64,000 nucleotides of DNA from an uncultured Clostridia bacterium (GTDB lineage: Bacteria; Bacillota; Clostridia; Christensenellales; UBA1242): contig CALWEQ010000008.1 in NCBI GenBank assembly GCA_944377365.1, positions 1,480-65,479 of the forward strand, in the 5' to 3' direction. The translations under genes and the position numbers were made by a program. Position 1 is the first letter of the stretch, and each line of letters starts with the position of its first letter. The notes under the pieces are model-generated. The model was given only the letters and a program-made list of their open reading frames with translations. It searched no databases and had not been told where the DNA came from. Positions 37,301 to 52,300 of the stretch are shown here, one piece after another.

Positions 37301-40300
37301 ACTTTCAGAGCTTCAAAACAATTATGAAAGTGTGACAAATGGTTACTTTTTAGTTGGAGACGGAGAGAGAATATATTATAGAGATGTTATTTTATCTATT
37401 CCTATTGTGGTTGCAGATGGAAGAAGTGAGGCCACTGCAACAAGAATTTATACTGCCGAACAATTCAAAGCCATTGATGTGAATTTGCATTATGTGCTTA
37501 TGAATTCAATAACGCTTGATGAGTATGATAATGCTGGCAAAGCATTTGCAGGTTCCTTAAAAGGCTATGATGAAAATGTAGCGATTTATGTAAGCGGTGA
37601 TCCTTTGTTTGACAAGATTGTAGAGGGTGGTAAAGTTTCGCAACTGACAGTCTATGGTGACGTCACAGGTGGTGGGTTTATTGCCAACGAAAACGACGGA
37701 GAGGTTTCTAATGTAGTAATAACCACACAAAACAGTGGTGAAACGATTTCAATGAGTAAAGTTACTAGTGGTTATGAACTAGAAGGTTCTCTATTTGGTG
37801 GAGCAATAGTAGGTGTCAACAACAACACAATCAAAGATGTAAAAATAGAGGGTGTGAAAATAGAACTAACGTCAACCGACTCATACGCGGGGACATTTGT
37901 TGGTAAAAACACTGGCACAATAGAAAATGTTTACGGTGAATTTTATGTTTTTGACGATGGTATAAACACAATCACAGCGAATTATGTTGGTGGTTTTGTT
38001 GGATATGCTGAAAGCGGTAGCATAACACATAGTTATGTGTACAATTATACTGCTTCTTGGGACACTGACGGAAATCTCACATTTGAAGAAGAAGGTTGTT
38101 TAATAGGAGATGCAGGCGCATTTGTTGGATATTCAACAAATAATACAATAATTACAAATAGTTTTTCAATGGTTATAGATAGTGATACTGTTTATGTAGA
38201 CGGTTCAATAAGTTCTTCATCAACAAATTATTATTACGGGAATTATTCTGCTCCAACATCTAGTTTTGACAGAGAATATTGGCTAGAAGACGGAGATGAA
38301 GGGTTTAAATCTTATGTAAGAAACGGTCAGCCACATTTAAAGTTCTATCAAGACGAGGTTTTGGTAAATTTAAGTGGCGTTGCAGTGAAAAAGACTAGCA
38401 AATCTTTGCCTGTTGAAAACGACGCAAGTGAAGGTAAAGGAATTTTGTTCTTCCACAGATTGACAAACACAGCCAATTTGTCAGATGCTTCCAACACAGC
38501 TTTAACCAGATTAAACACTATTTCTTTTGAAGAATTGTTTGGTGAAGAAAATATTGTCGTGGTTTCAAGCAACAATCAAATCGTTGAGGTAGTAGGGAAA
38601 AACATAATTATTAAAAATATTGGTGATGTGACTCTAACAGTATCGAACAAACATAATTACGCACAGAGTAAGCCTTTCGAATTTAAAGTCATGTATGTTT
38701 TGGAAGATTTTAGTGCCCTTCACAATGGAATTGAAACGAGTGGATTTGATTTGCAAGAGGGCAAAAGCGATTATGTTGAATTTAGACTAAAAGAAAATGT
38801 TTATCTAGCAAATGAAGCTCAACCACGTGAAATTTATCTGCCGAATTTTACTTTAAAAGGAAGTTTCTTACCGGCTAGTAAATTGGTGTCTTATGAAATA
38901 AACGGAATGGTAGGGCAAGTAACTTTTAGCAACGGAATTAAAGAAGCTTTAAACAACCTAGGATCACAATCAGTCACATTAAGCACATCGATCTCTGTTG
39001 GTGGACTTAGCGAAGAATATTCAAATGCTTTAAGGGATGAGTTTACAAACACTTTGAATGTTGTTCCTTTCCTGGGTGCTGACGAGATCTTAACATATGT
39101 TGACTCCGTAAGAATCGAACCTGCTGTCAAATCAAGCATTACCGTTGATCTGTTGACTGACTCTGATGAAGACGCACTTATCTTGCAGATCGTGAGAAAA
39201 GAAGACAATCAAATGCTTACTTTCGACATTGAAGGAGCAGACACTAATTCTTTAATAATTGATGAAAGTTCTAAAGAAGCCAAAGCTAAATTTGTTGAAA
39301 ACATATTAATTGTGGATGTTTCTAGAAAAGATTTTGAAAATTCTAAATACAATTTTGTTATCACATTGAGCATTAATGAAGATTATAGATCAAAGATTGA
39401 AAAAGACGAAGAATACACATTGATTTTAACATCGGAGTCAGGCACTGCAAAAAATGAAGGCAAAACAATTGACATCACATTAAGTAGCCAGCAGATCAAT
39501 TTTGTTGACATAACAAATTATCGTGCTTCTAATGTCAACAATATTAGTGGACAAATAGTTTACACGAGGACTGACGAACAGGTTTCGGTTATATCACCTG
39601 GACGTGCATCTTTTATGTCGATTGTGGTTGACCCTGCATATTCCTATTATCATCATATGACCTTGACTTATGAAGCGATAGATGCCGTTTCGCAACAGGC
39701 GAGCAACGCAGTGCTTACACTAACAAATTTGAAAAAATATAATGGTAGCAACAGCCAATACGTTGTAAATTCAGGATCCGCAACCAACGTGGTTGGAGGA
39801 TTGCAAATAGCTCGAAATGATGATGGAATTTATGATTTTAGACTTTATGCTTCACAAAACATTTCTAGCGATGTTATATTCATTTTGAAAGCCACATTCT
39901 ACGATGCAAATAATGATCAGATTGGTGATTCAACAACTTACCGACTTTATGTAACTTACTTGCCAGAGGCAGAAATTATGGTTGACGGCGAGGTCAGCAC
40001 CGTGCTTGCAAAAGGTGGAACAGCCGAACTTTCGATTCGATTAAAGCAAGATCAAGATATCGACTATTTGACAGCGGTTGGAGCAACGGGAATCACAATA
40101 TCTCCACGTTCATCATGGGAGGAAACCCAAAACCCAGATGGAACTAAAACTTTGACTGCAACCCTTTATGCTTCATTAAATGCAGGGGTAGTCGATGGTG
40201 CTAAAACGGTTAACGGCACATTTGAAATTCAAGCAAGTGTTGTTCGTCAACTTAATGGCGTTGAAGAACGTAAAAATTCTAATGCTTATGTTACTATTGT

Positions 40301-43300
40301 TGACATCGAACCGACATCTGCAAAATTGAATGGGGCGGTGTATGACGATGCTTCAAACACCTATGTCTTTACAAGTTGGGTTGGCATAACTCATGGTTTA
40401 AAGTTTGATTATGATTTTGATCCTGAAAAGTATTCTTATGATGAGTCTAATGAAACAGAAAGCAATTTGGTAAATGAACTTAACACAGCTAGAGCAAATT
40501 TCGAAAAAAATGGTTATTATTTTGAAGATGACAGTGTTTTTTCAATAAACTATCGTGATAGTCAAGCGGTGCCAATTTATCAAAGACTCGAAATGAATGG
40601 TACTCGTTTGACATTTACAAAAGATAATAATGAAAATTATACCTATTCAAACGGCAGATTTAGATTGACGTATTCTGAAGATGAAGGTTTGTCTGTTACT
40701 GGAATTGGAACGACTTCATCTCCAATTTACTTAACACTTATCGACGAAATAAGAATAGCTTCTGAAGGTGATGCACTTTATCAGATAGAAACGAATTTTG
40801 CTATAAATGTTACTATTTATTCCGATCTTGATAGGCCACTTATTATTCAGACGGCAGAAGATTTCTTGCAAGTAGCACAAGAAGAGGTTGCGCAAGATTA
40901 TATTCTTTTAAATGATATCACACTTGAAAACTACACTCCAATATCTTCGGCAAATTTCGAATCATTAGACGGCAATGGCTATTCGATAAACATTAAGAGT
41001 TTTAATTTGCAAGGCGCTGGATCGTTGCAATTAGGTTTGTTTACGACTGTCACTGAAAATTCTATTATTAAAAATGTAAGAGTCAATTACTATCAAACTT
41101 CAATAGCAGTAGACGTGACGTCTTCAGGATATTCAAACATAAACATTGGAGGTTTGGCTGTTGTAAACAACGGCACTATCACAAATTGTCAAGTAGTTTC
41201 CTACAATCCTAACGGTGAAGACGCGACAAACTTGGGCTTACAAGTAAATTATTTTAGAGCTTCAACACCTTATTATATAGATGCCAATTCAAACATTGAA
41301 AGTCGTGTGGCTGGATTTGTGGTTGAAAACAGTGGTTCAATTACTAATTCAAAAGTTGGTGGAAGTGATATCATTTTGATTGGAGAACAAGTCGGAACTA
41401 CTAATTATTTTGATTATTCTGTTCGCGAGCTTTCATTGTTTGAACTTTCAGGCCAAGGCAACGTTGCAGGCTTTGTTGTGTCAAATTCTGGCGAAATTGC
41501 TTCAAGTGGTGCGAGCAACATTCAAATTGACAACCTTTCCTCATCTGATTTATCACAAACAGCGGGTTTTGTTGTAACAAACTCTGGCAAAATTCGTGCC
41601 TCTGCTATTCAAGGAATAACAGGCGATGAGGATTTAAAAGATGGATATGCAAGATACCATAGGACAGGGTCAAGCATATCTTCAAAAGGAATAGTCGCTG
41701 GTTTTGTTGTTGAAAACTCGCAAAATGGTGAAATAAGTGATGGCTATTCCAACATATTAATTTCAAATTCACAAAATGAAAACAGTTTAGTTGGAGCTGG
41801 TTTCGTTTACATAAATGCAGGTTACATTGAAACAAGTTACACTGCGTCTATGGTAGAACCAAACAACGCGCATCAATTAAATTTTTCAGGATTTGACAAC
41901 GTAGGCAATTCTCTTAACACAGGCACAATAGAATTGAGCTATTACTACACTGTAAAACAAGAATTCGACTCATCCTCTGATGTTCAGGCAACTCTCAACG
42001 AAGCAAGCATTATCAACAAAGAAGAAGTTGGCAATCAAAATGCTTACTATGGGTTTGTTTTCAACACAGAAGAGGGTGTGGACGACGGTGTTTGGAAAAT
42101 GGTTGATGGATATGGAATTGAACCTATCAGTTTGACCCAAAGGACAATTTCTCACAGGTATTATGTGGCATCAGAAATTGAAGAAGAGTACTTCTTGCCA
42201 TATTCAATGTTAATGAATCAAAGTGATTCGTTAGCACAAGTTTACGACACATCTTATGGTGAAGAGATCAATCCAATTTTAATTAATTCCGCTCAAGATC
42301 TTAAAGAAGCTATGGGAGACTCTACATCAACTTCTCTTTCTTCACAATTCACAGAAACTGAAATTTTAGGTGCTTATCGCTTTACAACAGACATAGATTT
42401 GTCAGAACTTAACAACGCACTTGGGAATGCTGAAATAAAATCGGTCAACAAAACTTTTAAAGGAATTATTGACGGCAATGGTTTTACTATTGAAAACATT
42501 TCGCTTTCTAGCGATGAAAACTCAGTTGGTTTGTTTGGAAGTGCCGACGGAGCATTGATACAAAACTTAAACATTGAAATTGATTCAGTCGCAGCAGGTT
42601 CGTCAGTCTTGGTTGGTGGTTTGATAGGGTTGGCAAAGGACACAAAGATAATCAACATTAACATGACTCAAAATGAAACAACAGAGCAAACTCAACAGCG
42701 TGGCATTTTTGGAAGAAATGTTACAGGCGGTATAGTAGGTGCTGCAATTGGAAATGGCGCACTTGTTGGCTTGACCGTTTCAGGAGCAACTGTTCAAAGC
42801 AATTACTACAACGAAGAAACGAAAACAGCTGCAGGTTCTCTTTACACTCATCAAAACGCGGATAACGAATGGGTGTTTGATCCAGCTAAAATTCGAGGAT
42901 ATGCAAATCAAAATGATGGCAGAATTTACAGCACAATTCCAAGTGATAGCGGATTTGGTCTTGCTTCTTTTGCGGGAGCTGTAGCGGGATATGTTGACAT
43001 TTATGATTCAGCTCTAATTAATCAAGAAAACTACACTTATTCAACCGCTCTTACAAATGATGATTACAAAGTAACGCACTTGCGTGTGATCGACTCACTT
43101 GAAGTGCGAGGCGAAGTGGTTGGCGGTGCTATTGGTTATACTGGCATTCAAACAAAAGTTCAGGATGCAGGGGTTTATGTTTCTCGTGGCGAAAACATAA
43201 CCGCAAAAATCCTATCTTACAACTTTATCGCAGGTGGTCTTGTTGGAATTGCAAACGGCGATTTCTATCAAGTGTTTACACAGCACGACGAAGAGTTGCA

Positions 43301-46300
43301 AGATGAAATCGAAAACAGCATGGCAAGTTATTACTTAAACGGCAATGCCAACGCAGAAAGAGGCATTCTTGACGTGTTTGAAAACACTTCAACCGCGACC
43401 GATGCATATCAGCCATTATATGTTGGAGGACTCTTTGGAGTGTTTGGGAATGGCAGTGTGTATGTTGGTTACAGCAAACTCAACGCAATCAACCCAAATG
43501 CAAGCTACGAAGGCTATGCAGGGGGGCTTGCAGGAGGAGCCTTTTCAACTTCAGGCACTGATTTTGTTGTTGAAGATGTTGCTTCATCATCTATGATTTC
43601 CACTACTATGATATTACGTGAAGTCTACGCGTCAGGTGATGTGTATGCAAATGGACCAAATTCAAACGGAACCGCTTCAAATTTCGGTGGATTGTTTGGT
43701 AGATTTATTCCTTACAACAACGGCGACAGCCAAGTCAAACTTACTATGGCGGCAGTCAATGCGTTTAACGAATATGGTATTTTAAGTGACTGCTACAAAT
43801 CCACATCAACAAACAAAATCTCTACGATTAATTCTGTTGTCGGCGAGGGCAACAACGTAAAACCAGTTGTGAGTCAGGTCATTTCCACGACTGAAAATTC
43901 TGATAATAGAAAATCATACGGTTACATGGGAAATTATTCCTCAGGAACCACATCCGTTGAGGTAAAAAGCGGAATTTACAAAGATGATTCCACAGAAAAT
44001 GCTGATTTTGTGTTTGAAGTTCAATCACTCAGCACATTTGCTAATCCAGAAAGTGGTTATATGATCACAAATGGAGCATTTATCAATTCTAATGCTTGGG
44101 ATGTTGAAAATTGGATACACACCACCGACAAACTTTTCCCTTCAATAAATTTGACTAGCTCACCAACTTATATTTATCTTGACCAAGACAATGTTGCAGA
44201 AGTGCTAAACAAAATGCAAAACTCTTCTATTGAAGTTAGAGTTAGAGGAAGAGGCGTGGATGCCAACGGCGACGTTTATTATGCTTATGTTGATTTAAGA
44301 CCTTACGCATCAGAAGCAGTAGCACAAAATTCTTTCGTTACGAACTTCTTTGGCAGATTGATTGGAGCTACTGACAGTGCATGGTTTAGCGAAAGCAATG
44401 GGGCAACTAGGCCTTATGAAGCAAACGGCTTAACTTCAAACACTGCATTAAACAACAGCTATCCAGGAATTATTATTGACAGAGCCATGTTTGAAACTGT
44501 AGGAACGGGTGTAGTCTTCCAAAACCTTAACGTCGTTTTTGAGGGGCCAGAAGAAAACTCCAAAATCAAAAACTCTTTTATAGAAAACAGCATTAAAGAT
44601 GTCGATTTTACAAATGTTCGCTTCTGGTATTTGAACGAAGTGGAGATTAATGGGACGGACAAAACTGACAAAACGGACAAAATCGGACTTATCGCACCTA
44701 GCGCTGAAAATTGTAATTTTATTGGAATTACAATGTGCTTTTCTGCAACCTCAACAAGTGTCGAAGACGCAATAGTTACCTTTAAACCTTCATCTTTAAA
44801 CATCAGTGCCGGATTACTTGTGGGAGAGCTTATTCAATCTTCGACTTTTGAAACGTTACGTCTGCAAAACATAACCATTAAGCACAATGATTTGTTAAAC
44901 AAGTATTTGCTTAAAATTACCGAGCGCACTCAATCAAGCCAAACTACAGAAACTTCGGAAACGAAAGATGTTTATGCAGGCCTTTATGTCGGAAATATAA
45001 AAAATGGCGATATGGACGAGGGGGTCAGCCCTTCAGGAGTAAGCATATCCGCGAAATTGCCACAAAACATAACGTCGACATTGGAGCCTGGTGATGGTAC
45101 TGACACTGTGTTTAATTCTGGTATTTCAGTCGTTGGCGCCACCACTGACACATATGACTCGGTCTACGTTGGTGGATTGTTTGGAAGCATAAACACGGTT
45201 AGCACGACCTTTACACTTCAAAAACAAACATCTTATTCTCAAAGTGTTAAAGTAAATGTTAATGTAAATTCTTCAAATTCACTAATTGGTGGTGTTGTTG
45301 GAAGCTTTAATGGTGAATTTAATGTTGTCGCAGGCGGCGAAAACACTCAAATTGGATCCGATATTGTTTTAGATGGAAAGCACGATGAATTATCTGCGGG
45401 GATGATTTTTGGAGATGTAGCAACAGGAAGCAGGATTAATATTTCAACAAACAGGCAACTTAAAATAGAAGGCTATATTTCGGTTAATAATAATGACACA
45501 GCTACTATAACAAAAGCGAATTTAGGAAGCGTTGTTGGTGTAAATAATGGGACTTTAAACATCTCAAATGTCGATATTTCATTTAAAACGTTTAAAGGTA
45601 ATACGCCAGGAGAAATTTCCGAGAAAGACTTTGAAGCAAGTGCAGTAAAAGACAATTTGTTTACAGCCACAACTATCAATGCAGGAGCGCTAGTAGGGTT
45701 AAACAATTCTGGAACAATAACAATTGAAGGGAAGGATGACTCAACGGATCCTAACACTGCTTCTTTCAAAGTTAACACAGCACAAGAAAACATATTACTA
45801 GATGCGACAACGATTAATGCCGGTGGACTTATTGGAAATACGACGGGTTCGGGTGTTGTTTCAATTTCAAATTACATCAACAATCAGGCTGTTATTGTTG
45901 CTGTTGGGAAAGCTGACTCAGGAGCCACTAATGACTCAGGAGCTACTGTTGCTACCAGCAATGCTGACTCAGGAGCTACAAGCGTCGGTGGAATGATTGG
46001 CTTTGGACAAGTGCAGACGTCCCAGGATAAACCACTTATTGACATAAAAAATTCGGCGAGTGATGTAAACATTTTTGTCAGCGAAAAGACCTTATATGCA
46101 GGTGGATTGATTGGACAGATTACAACCACAGAAACAAATCAAACAACGACAACGAGAGACGTTTTAAACGACGTTTCAATTTCTCAAAACGTCTTCTCTG
46201 GGGCTATCAAAGTCTATGGTGAAACAAGTAATGAAGGTACCCATAAAATAGGTGGGTTGATTGGGTCAATAGAAAAAGATGGAGATAAAGCTAATATCAA

Positions 46301-49300
46301 AACCACAATTTCTTCTAACAAAACCTATGGTGATGTGATTTACACAACAGAAGCGACAAGGACAACAGAAGAGGCAACGTTTAATTGCCTTAACGAATAT
46401 TATTTCGGCGGAGTCGTTGGTTATGTCAATGCAAACAGCACGACTGTAAGTGAAAACATTGTTGCGTTTACAAACAACAATCAACTTCGCGGTGATTCAC
46501 ATTTTGCAGATGCGATGGTCGGAACTGATGCTTCGAAAAGTGTAAAATATGAAAACAACAACTATTATTCTTCACAATTAGTGCTTGCAACAAGCGACAA
46601 TGCAACCGATTTGAATTACAAAACGGAAGGGGTTTCTGGTTATTCTCCAAATGATGCAACAACTACTATAATAGGCAAGTTAACTGCATCTACGGGTACT
46701 CCTTCGGTTAAGGAAGGAGATTGGGGAACGAAACTCAATCCTATCACTGATGGCACTGCAAAAACTTCTTCATCTAACGGAATAACTTATTACACCACGC
46801 AATATCCAGAAACACAATCTGACCCTTATGCCTTTATCGGAGATTGGGTGGAGAAAGCAAACACATTAACAACATTAAACGAACACAGCTTTATTTCTGG
46901 TGTCAGCACAAATTTAAATTTTGAAGATACTGTAGAAGATAAGAATGTGAACACTAATGACACCAACCGCGGTGGCATTGTTGACACCATGAATGGTGGC
47001 ATAGTTTATGCCTGCATTTCTGCGGGAACTCTTTCTGTTGGAGGAAACGTGACAGCAAACGTTGGTGGAATCGTGGGAAGCATGGTGTCGGGATATATTA
47101 ATGAAAGCTCATCATCTCTTAACGTTACTTATAGGGCAGGCAATGGAGGGACAGCATCAGCTGTGGCAGTTGTTCTAGCAGGCAACGCTAAGAAGATATT
47201 CATAAACAACACCTACACTTCTGGTAATGTTACATCTTACATTGACGCAAACCTTTACTCGTTTGTAAATGGGACAGATTCTACAAACATTTCAAACAGT
47301 TACACGATTTCAAGAGTCAGCTGGAATGATTACACAAGTGATAACATAGTTAATTCTGATGGAGTTTCGATCGGCATAACCGACAACGCAGTAACCACAA
47401 ACTTTGGGTATGACCCAGATGCTATGGGCGATGCGTATGAGGAAGGAACAGAAAGAATTAAAGATCCAGACAACTCTACCCACACAACATCGTCATTTGG
47501 TGAGAACTCCAACTGGATCTACCCAGCTTACTACAATACTGATGGCAATTCAACTGGCACCATAACAATTTCCGGTTGGTCGAAAGATGCAAGCGTAAAC
47601 TATGGCTATCCGGTGCGTAATTTTGGCGCTTTTAAGGCGTTTACAACAAGCGCAACAGAAGAAGACGTCATAACAGCAGACATCCCAAATGTCACAAAAC
47701 TCGTGCAAGCAAATGGCAAAGACAAAAACTACCGTCTGATCGACGACATCGACTTTGCAAAAACGACTTACAACACGACAGACGACGATGGCGCAATTTC
47801 GGCAAGCGATTCACCTTGGTCATCTCTCAACTTCTCTTCTGTTCAAAACTTTGACGGCGGAGAGCACACAATCAGCAATCTTCGCGGTGCAACGCTGTTT
47901 AGCACTGTTAAAAACATTTCAAACCTTAGAGTTATGGATGCTGAGTTAGAAGATCAACGCGCTGTTGTGGCTTTAAATGTGACTGGTAGTGCTAGCAACG
48001 TAATTGCTTCCGGCACTTTGAGTTATAGTGGCACATTAACTGCAGATAAATACATTGGTGGTGTTTTTGCTTATGCTTCTGGGAGTATTAATGGTTGCAA
48101 AAACTACGTGAAGATGGATGTGACTTGTGATGGTATTGACATCGGAGGAGTTGTTGGAAAATCAGTAGGCATAAGCATTACAAATTGCTTTAACTATGCA
48201 CCTATCAATGCTGTAAACAAAAACGCGAATGGTGGTGGCGGTTATGTGGCAGGTATTGTCGGCAGTTGGAGTGCTACAGGTGGGACTGTTTCAAACTGTG
48301 GAAACGAAAACACGGTGTTTAATGGATATACAATTACAGATAGTGGTATGACAACAGATCAAGAAAAAGCAAACTTTTGGGCAAACAAGAGTGGCGACTA
48401 TAGTGCAGCGGGCATTGTTGGTAGGACGGATAAAACAGATGGAAGTATAACTAATTGTTACAGCACCTCAATGATTAAAGCGGGGAATAAAAAAATAAAT
48501 AAGACATCAGGTTCTTCTAAAGCAGCAGGTATTGTTGCGAGCACCACAGGATCTGTTTCGAATTGCACCAACACCGGCTTTATCGAAGCTCTCGGCTCGA
48601 CGGAGGCTTTAAAAAATCCAGAAAGCACAAAATTTAAAATTGCAGATGATAGTATTACATCATGGACGTATGCTGGTACTCCATTGGCATATACTATTGT
48701 GAATCAAACAGGTCAAGAAGGACAACAAGGTTTTCAGTATGAGATAAATGCTGATAATATTAAAAATGTTTATGTCAGCCAAATCGGTATATTAGATTCA
48801 AACGCCGAGGTTACAAGTGAGGATAGTTCTGCGACAGGCTCGATTTACAAAAATGGTCTATTTGGCACAGTTACAGGTAGTGTAAGTGAAACGTCGAATT
48901 CAGGCGGAACACTTCAAGCGCCTTATGTTCCTACTTATGAGCCTGGTGTTAATGATGGTAACACAGAGATAAGTCTTCACAATGGAGATATCAAAATTTA
49001 TTTTGCTGAGAATTCGAGCAAACCAACACCAGTCATAGCCGAAACGGACGAACTTGGTGCAATGACAAAATTCTACATCAAATCAACCAGAACAATAAAA
49101 TATGTTGATTCATTGTCTTACACACAAACACGTTATTGGAGCGTTGTTGATATCAATGGTTTGCATACAAAAGGAGCTAGTTACTCGGCCAATCAAAATT
49201 ATTATGCTCAACAAGCTACCATTGGAAACGGAGTATACAATGGTACAGGCTACACTGAACCTGAACCTTCAACAACCACTACCTCATCTTCTGATAATGC

Positions 49301-52300
49301 CAAAGACGTGGAGATTTCAGGCGATACTTATGCTTTTGTTGAAGGCATAAACGGTTTTATTACTTCGGTAAACAATCAAACAAAAACGAAAATTGTTGAA
49401 ATAACAGGGAAAATTGGTGATAAAGATATATCAGATTTAGTGGAAAAAGGATACAAATTTAATGTTGATGTGGAATACGGATCAAACATTTCAAATGCTT
49501 GGGCAGATGTTTCCGTTGTTAATGATGAAAGGCTTAGCATAAGTATTGGGTATATTCCTGAAGAAGATGCTACTGAACAAAAAGGGGAAATCTATTATAC
49601 TATTACAGCATCAAAAGATGATGAAACAATAGAACAATATTTGGATGCTAGCACGTTGTTCTTCGAAAAAGGTGAAACTACAGCTCAAGATACAGTTAAG
49701 ATATATTATAATGACAGTAACAATGAATTAGTTGATGGTGGATTATATAATATTAATGGAATAGAATTTTCTTACACTGAAGGTACTGGTGGAGAGTTTA
49801 GTTATTTCTCTTATTTTGGTAGTGACGCAGAAGCGGTTTATGAAAATCTTAAAAACAAAGAAACTGTTTCGATCATCATAAACGAAGGCGAAATGATCGA
49901 TGCAACTCAAAATATTGTTTTAAACACATCCTCACAGGTTGACAGTATATCTACGGAAAACGAAAAAACATATTTTTCGAATACTGACAGACCTTGGCTA
50001 CAAAGTTATGCGGTTGCAGGGTCTCAGTCTAATAGTAGCGCAGGTACATTTGGTAGCTTGAATACCTCCTTCCAAATAAAAGGCAAATTGTCTTCGTTTG
50101 ATGTTTCATATAAATATGACAATACGGATGGTTTTAGAGCCGATTGGGAGATTTTAAATGTTGTTGATCAGTTAGAAAATACAAGTGAATTTAATTTTGG
50201 TTCATTTTCATGGAACAAATGTTATGTAACAGCAAAAATGACTTATAATGAAGATTCCAAAATTACAACAATATTGTTGGAATGCATTTGGACCGGGGGA
50301 AGTATGTTGGGTGTCCCTGAATTAAACGATCTAATCTCAGAGGTTAAATATACATTGCATTTTGATAATGAGGGAGATGAAACAACAAATTTCGTTGAAG
50401 ACGATTTTGCGACATATAGCTATAAAACCAATGCTTCTGGCGAGAAGCAATTGCAGGTTGCAGTGAAAGATGAAGCAGTAACAGAACCAACTCTCGTTAT
50501 CGCTTCAGGGAAGGCTAAACTAATAACACCTGATTCTCAAAACAAAACCTTAACCTTTGACGGAGAAGTTGCTTCAATTTCAAAAATGGGTATAAGTCAA
50601 GCAGAGTGGGAAGAGTCTATCGACTGCAGTGATGCAAATTCTGATGGATTTGTTGATGAAATTTCTTTTACTATAAAACCTAATTATGCGGTTATATACA
50701 CGGTTAATGGTGTGACTAAAACATTGTCAAATTACGCAACGGATCGAATTTTGACATTTGATATTGGAGACAATTTAAACTCTATTTCAATAACAAAGAC
50801 TGTCGGGTATTACAGAACTACTGAATCGGTTTCATATGAAGATGAAGGGATTGTTAAAGTTGATGGGAAACCTGCAACAGCAACCGTTTACACGTTACAT
50901 CCTGTATTATATAAAGTGACTTATGACGAAGAAGGGAATATCGACAATTTTACGAACGTCGAAATAAATGCTGAGAATACATTTGTTTTAAACGGAATAA
51001 CTTACACAGCAACTTTAGATTCAGAAAATTTAATAATTACTTCGGTAAGTCAAGGTGGGCAAGATTATACGACCATTTTCCCTGAAAGTTTAATTAATTT
51101 AAATGGCAAATTGTATTATTATTCTTTAACTCAAACTGAAGGAAGACGACAAATGAGCTTGTTGGAAGCGTATTTGGGCGAAGGTGGAATTATTAATGTT
51201 GACGGAACTGATTTCATCTACGAAATCTATGGGGAGCCAGATAATTATCAAACTTATCTCTATGATTCGTCTCTAAATCCAATTAGTGAAGATGAGGGCA
51301 CAGGTTCGTTTATTATAAATTCTTCTACATTTGTGCTGGACGAATGTTTAAAGGAGAGTGTTACTGTAGAACCTTCTGTTGAAGATGGGAAATTGACTGT
51401 TACAGCCCCTGAAAACTCAACATTTGATTCGTTTTCTGTGATTGAACTAAACTACCAAGCAAAAGCTCCTAGTGTTAATATAGTTTTGCCAATTGAAAAC
51501 AATACTTATACTCTTGAGACAGATAATTATGTAAACGAAATAACATACACTATTAATGACGAAACTGCTGTTACATCAAGTCCAACAAATATAACATTTG
51601 GCCCATACCTTCAAGGAAGTCAAATTGAGATCACTAAGAAGTATAATGAATATTCAAATAACGAAGCAACAGAAAATGTTGGATTAACTTCGTCTAGCAC
51701 TTCGTATTATAGTGGAATTGTTTTAACGAAGGACATAACGATTGGCACATTAAGTGAAGATCTTGCTTTAAATTATAATTTAGTAGGCAACGGGAAGGTT
51801 ATCAATTTTATTCGTAGAAGCAACGCTAAAAATAGTTTGTTTAACTCTATTACAGCCAATATCTTTATTAAAGATGTTTCTATTGCGGGTAGTTTGATTT
51901 ATCCAGAAGAGAATACGGGTATTATAGCAAAAACAATTAGTTCTTCATTAATAAACACAAATGTTTATGGCACAATTGATTTAAATGCTAGCCGTACTTG
52001 TGGTGGTGTCGCCTATGAAATAAATAGCAATCCTACAAAGCTAAAAAGTTATGTTTCAATTTCGCATGACACATCAAATGTGACCAGTAGAGGTTCCGAT
52101 AATAATGTAACTGGCAATATGGCAGGTGTTGCTTGGACAATGTCTGGTGGAACAAACATCGAATATTATGGCACTATTATAGGGACGAATGGGTCGCATG
52201 GCACCACTTACAACAATGATGGCAATAAAAACGGTGGGAAAGGTCAAGATGTGTATGCTCTTGCACACACGATCTCTTCAACTCCAAAAAACTTTAAATT

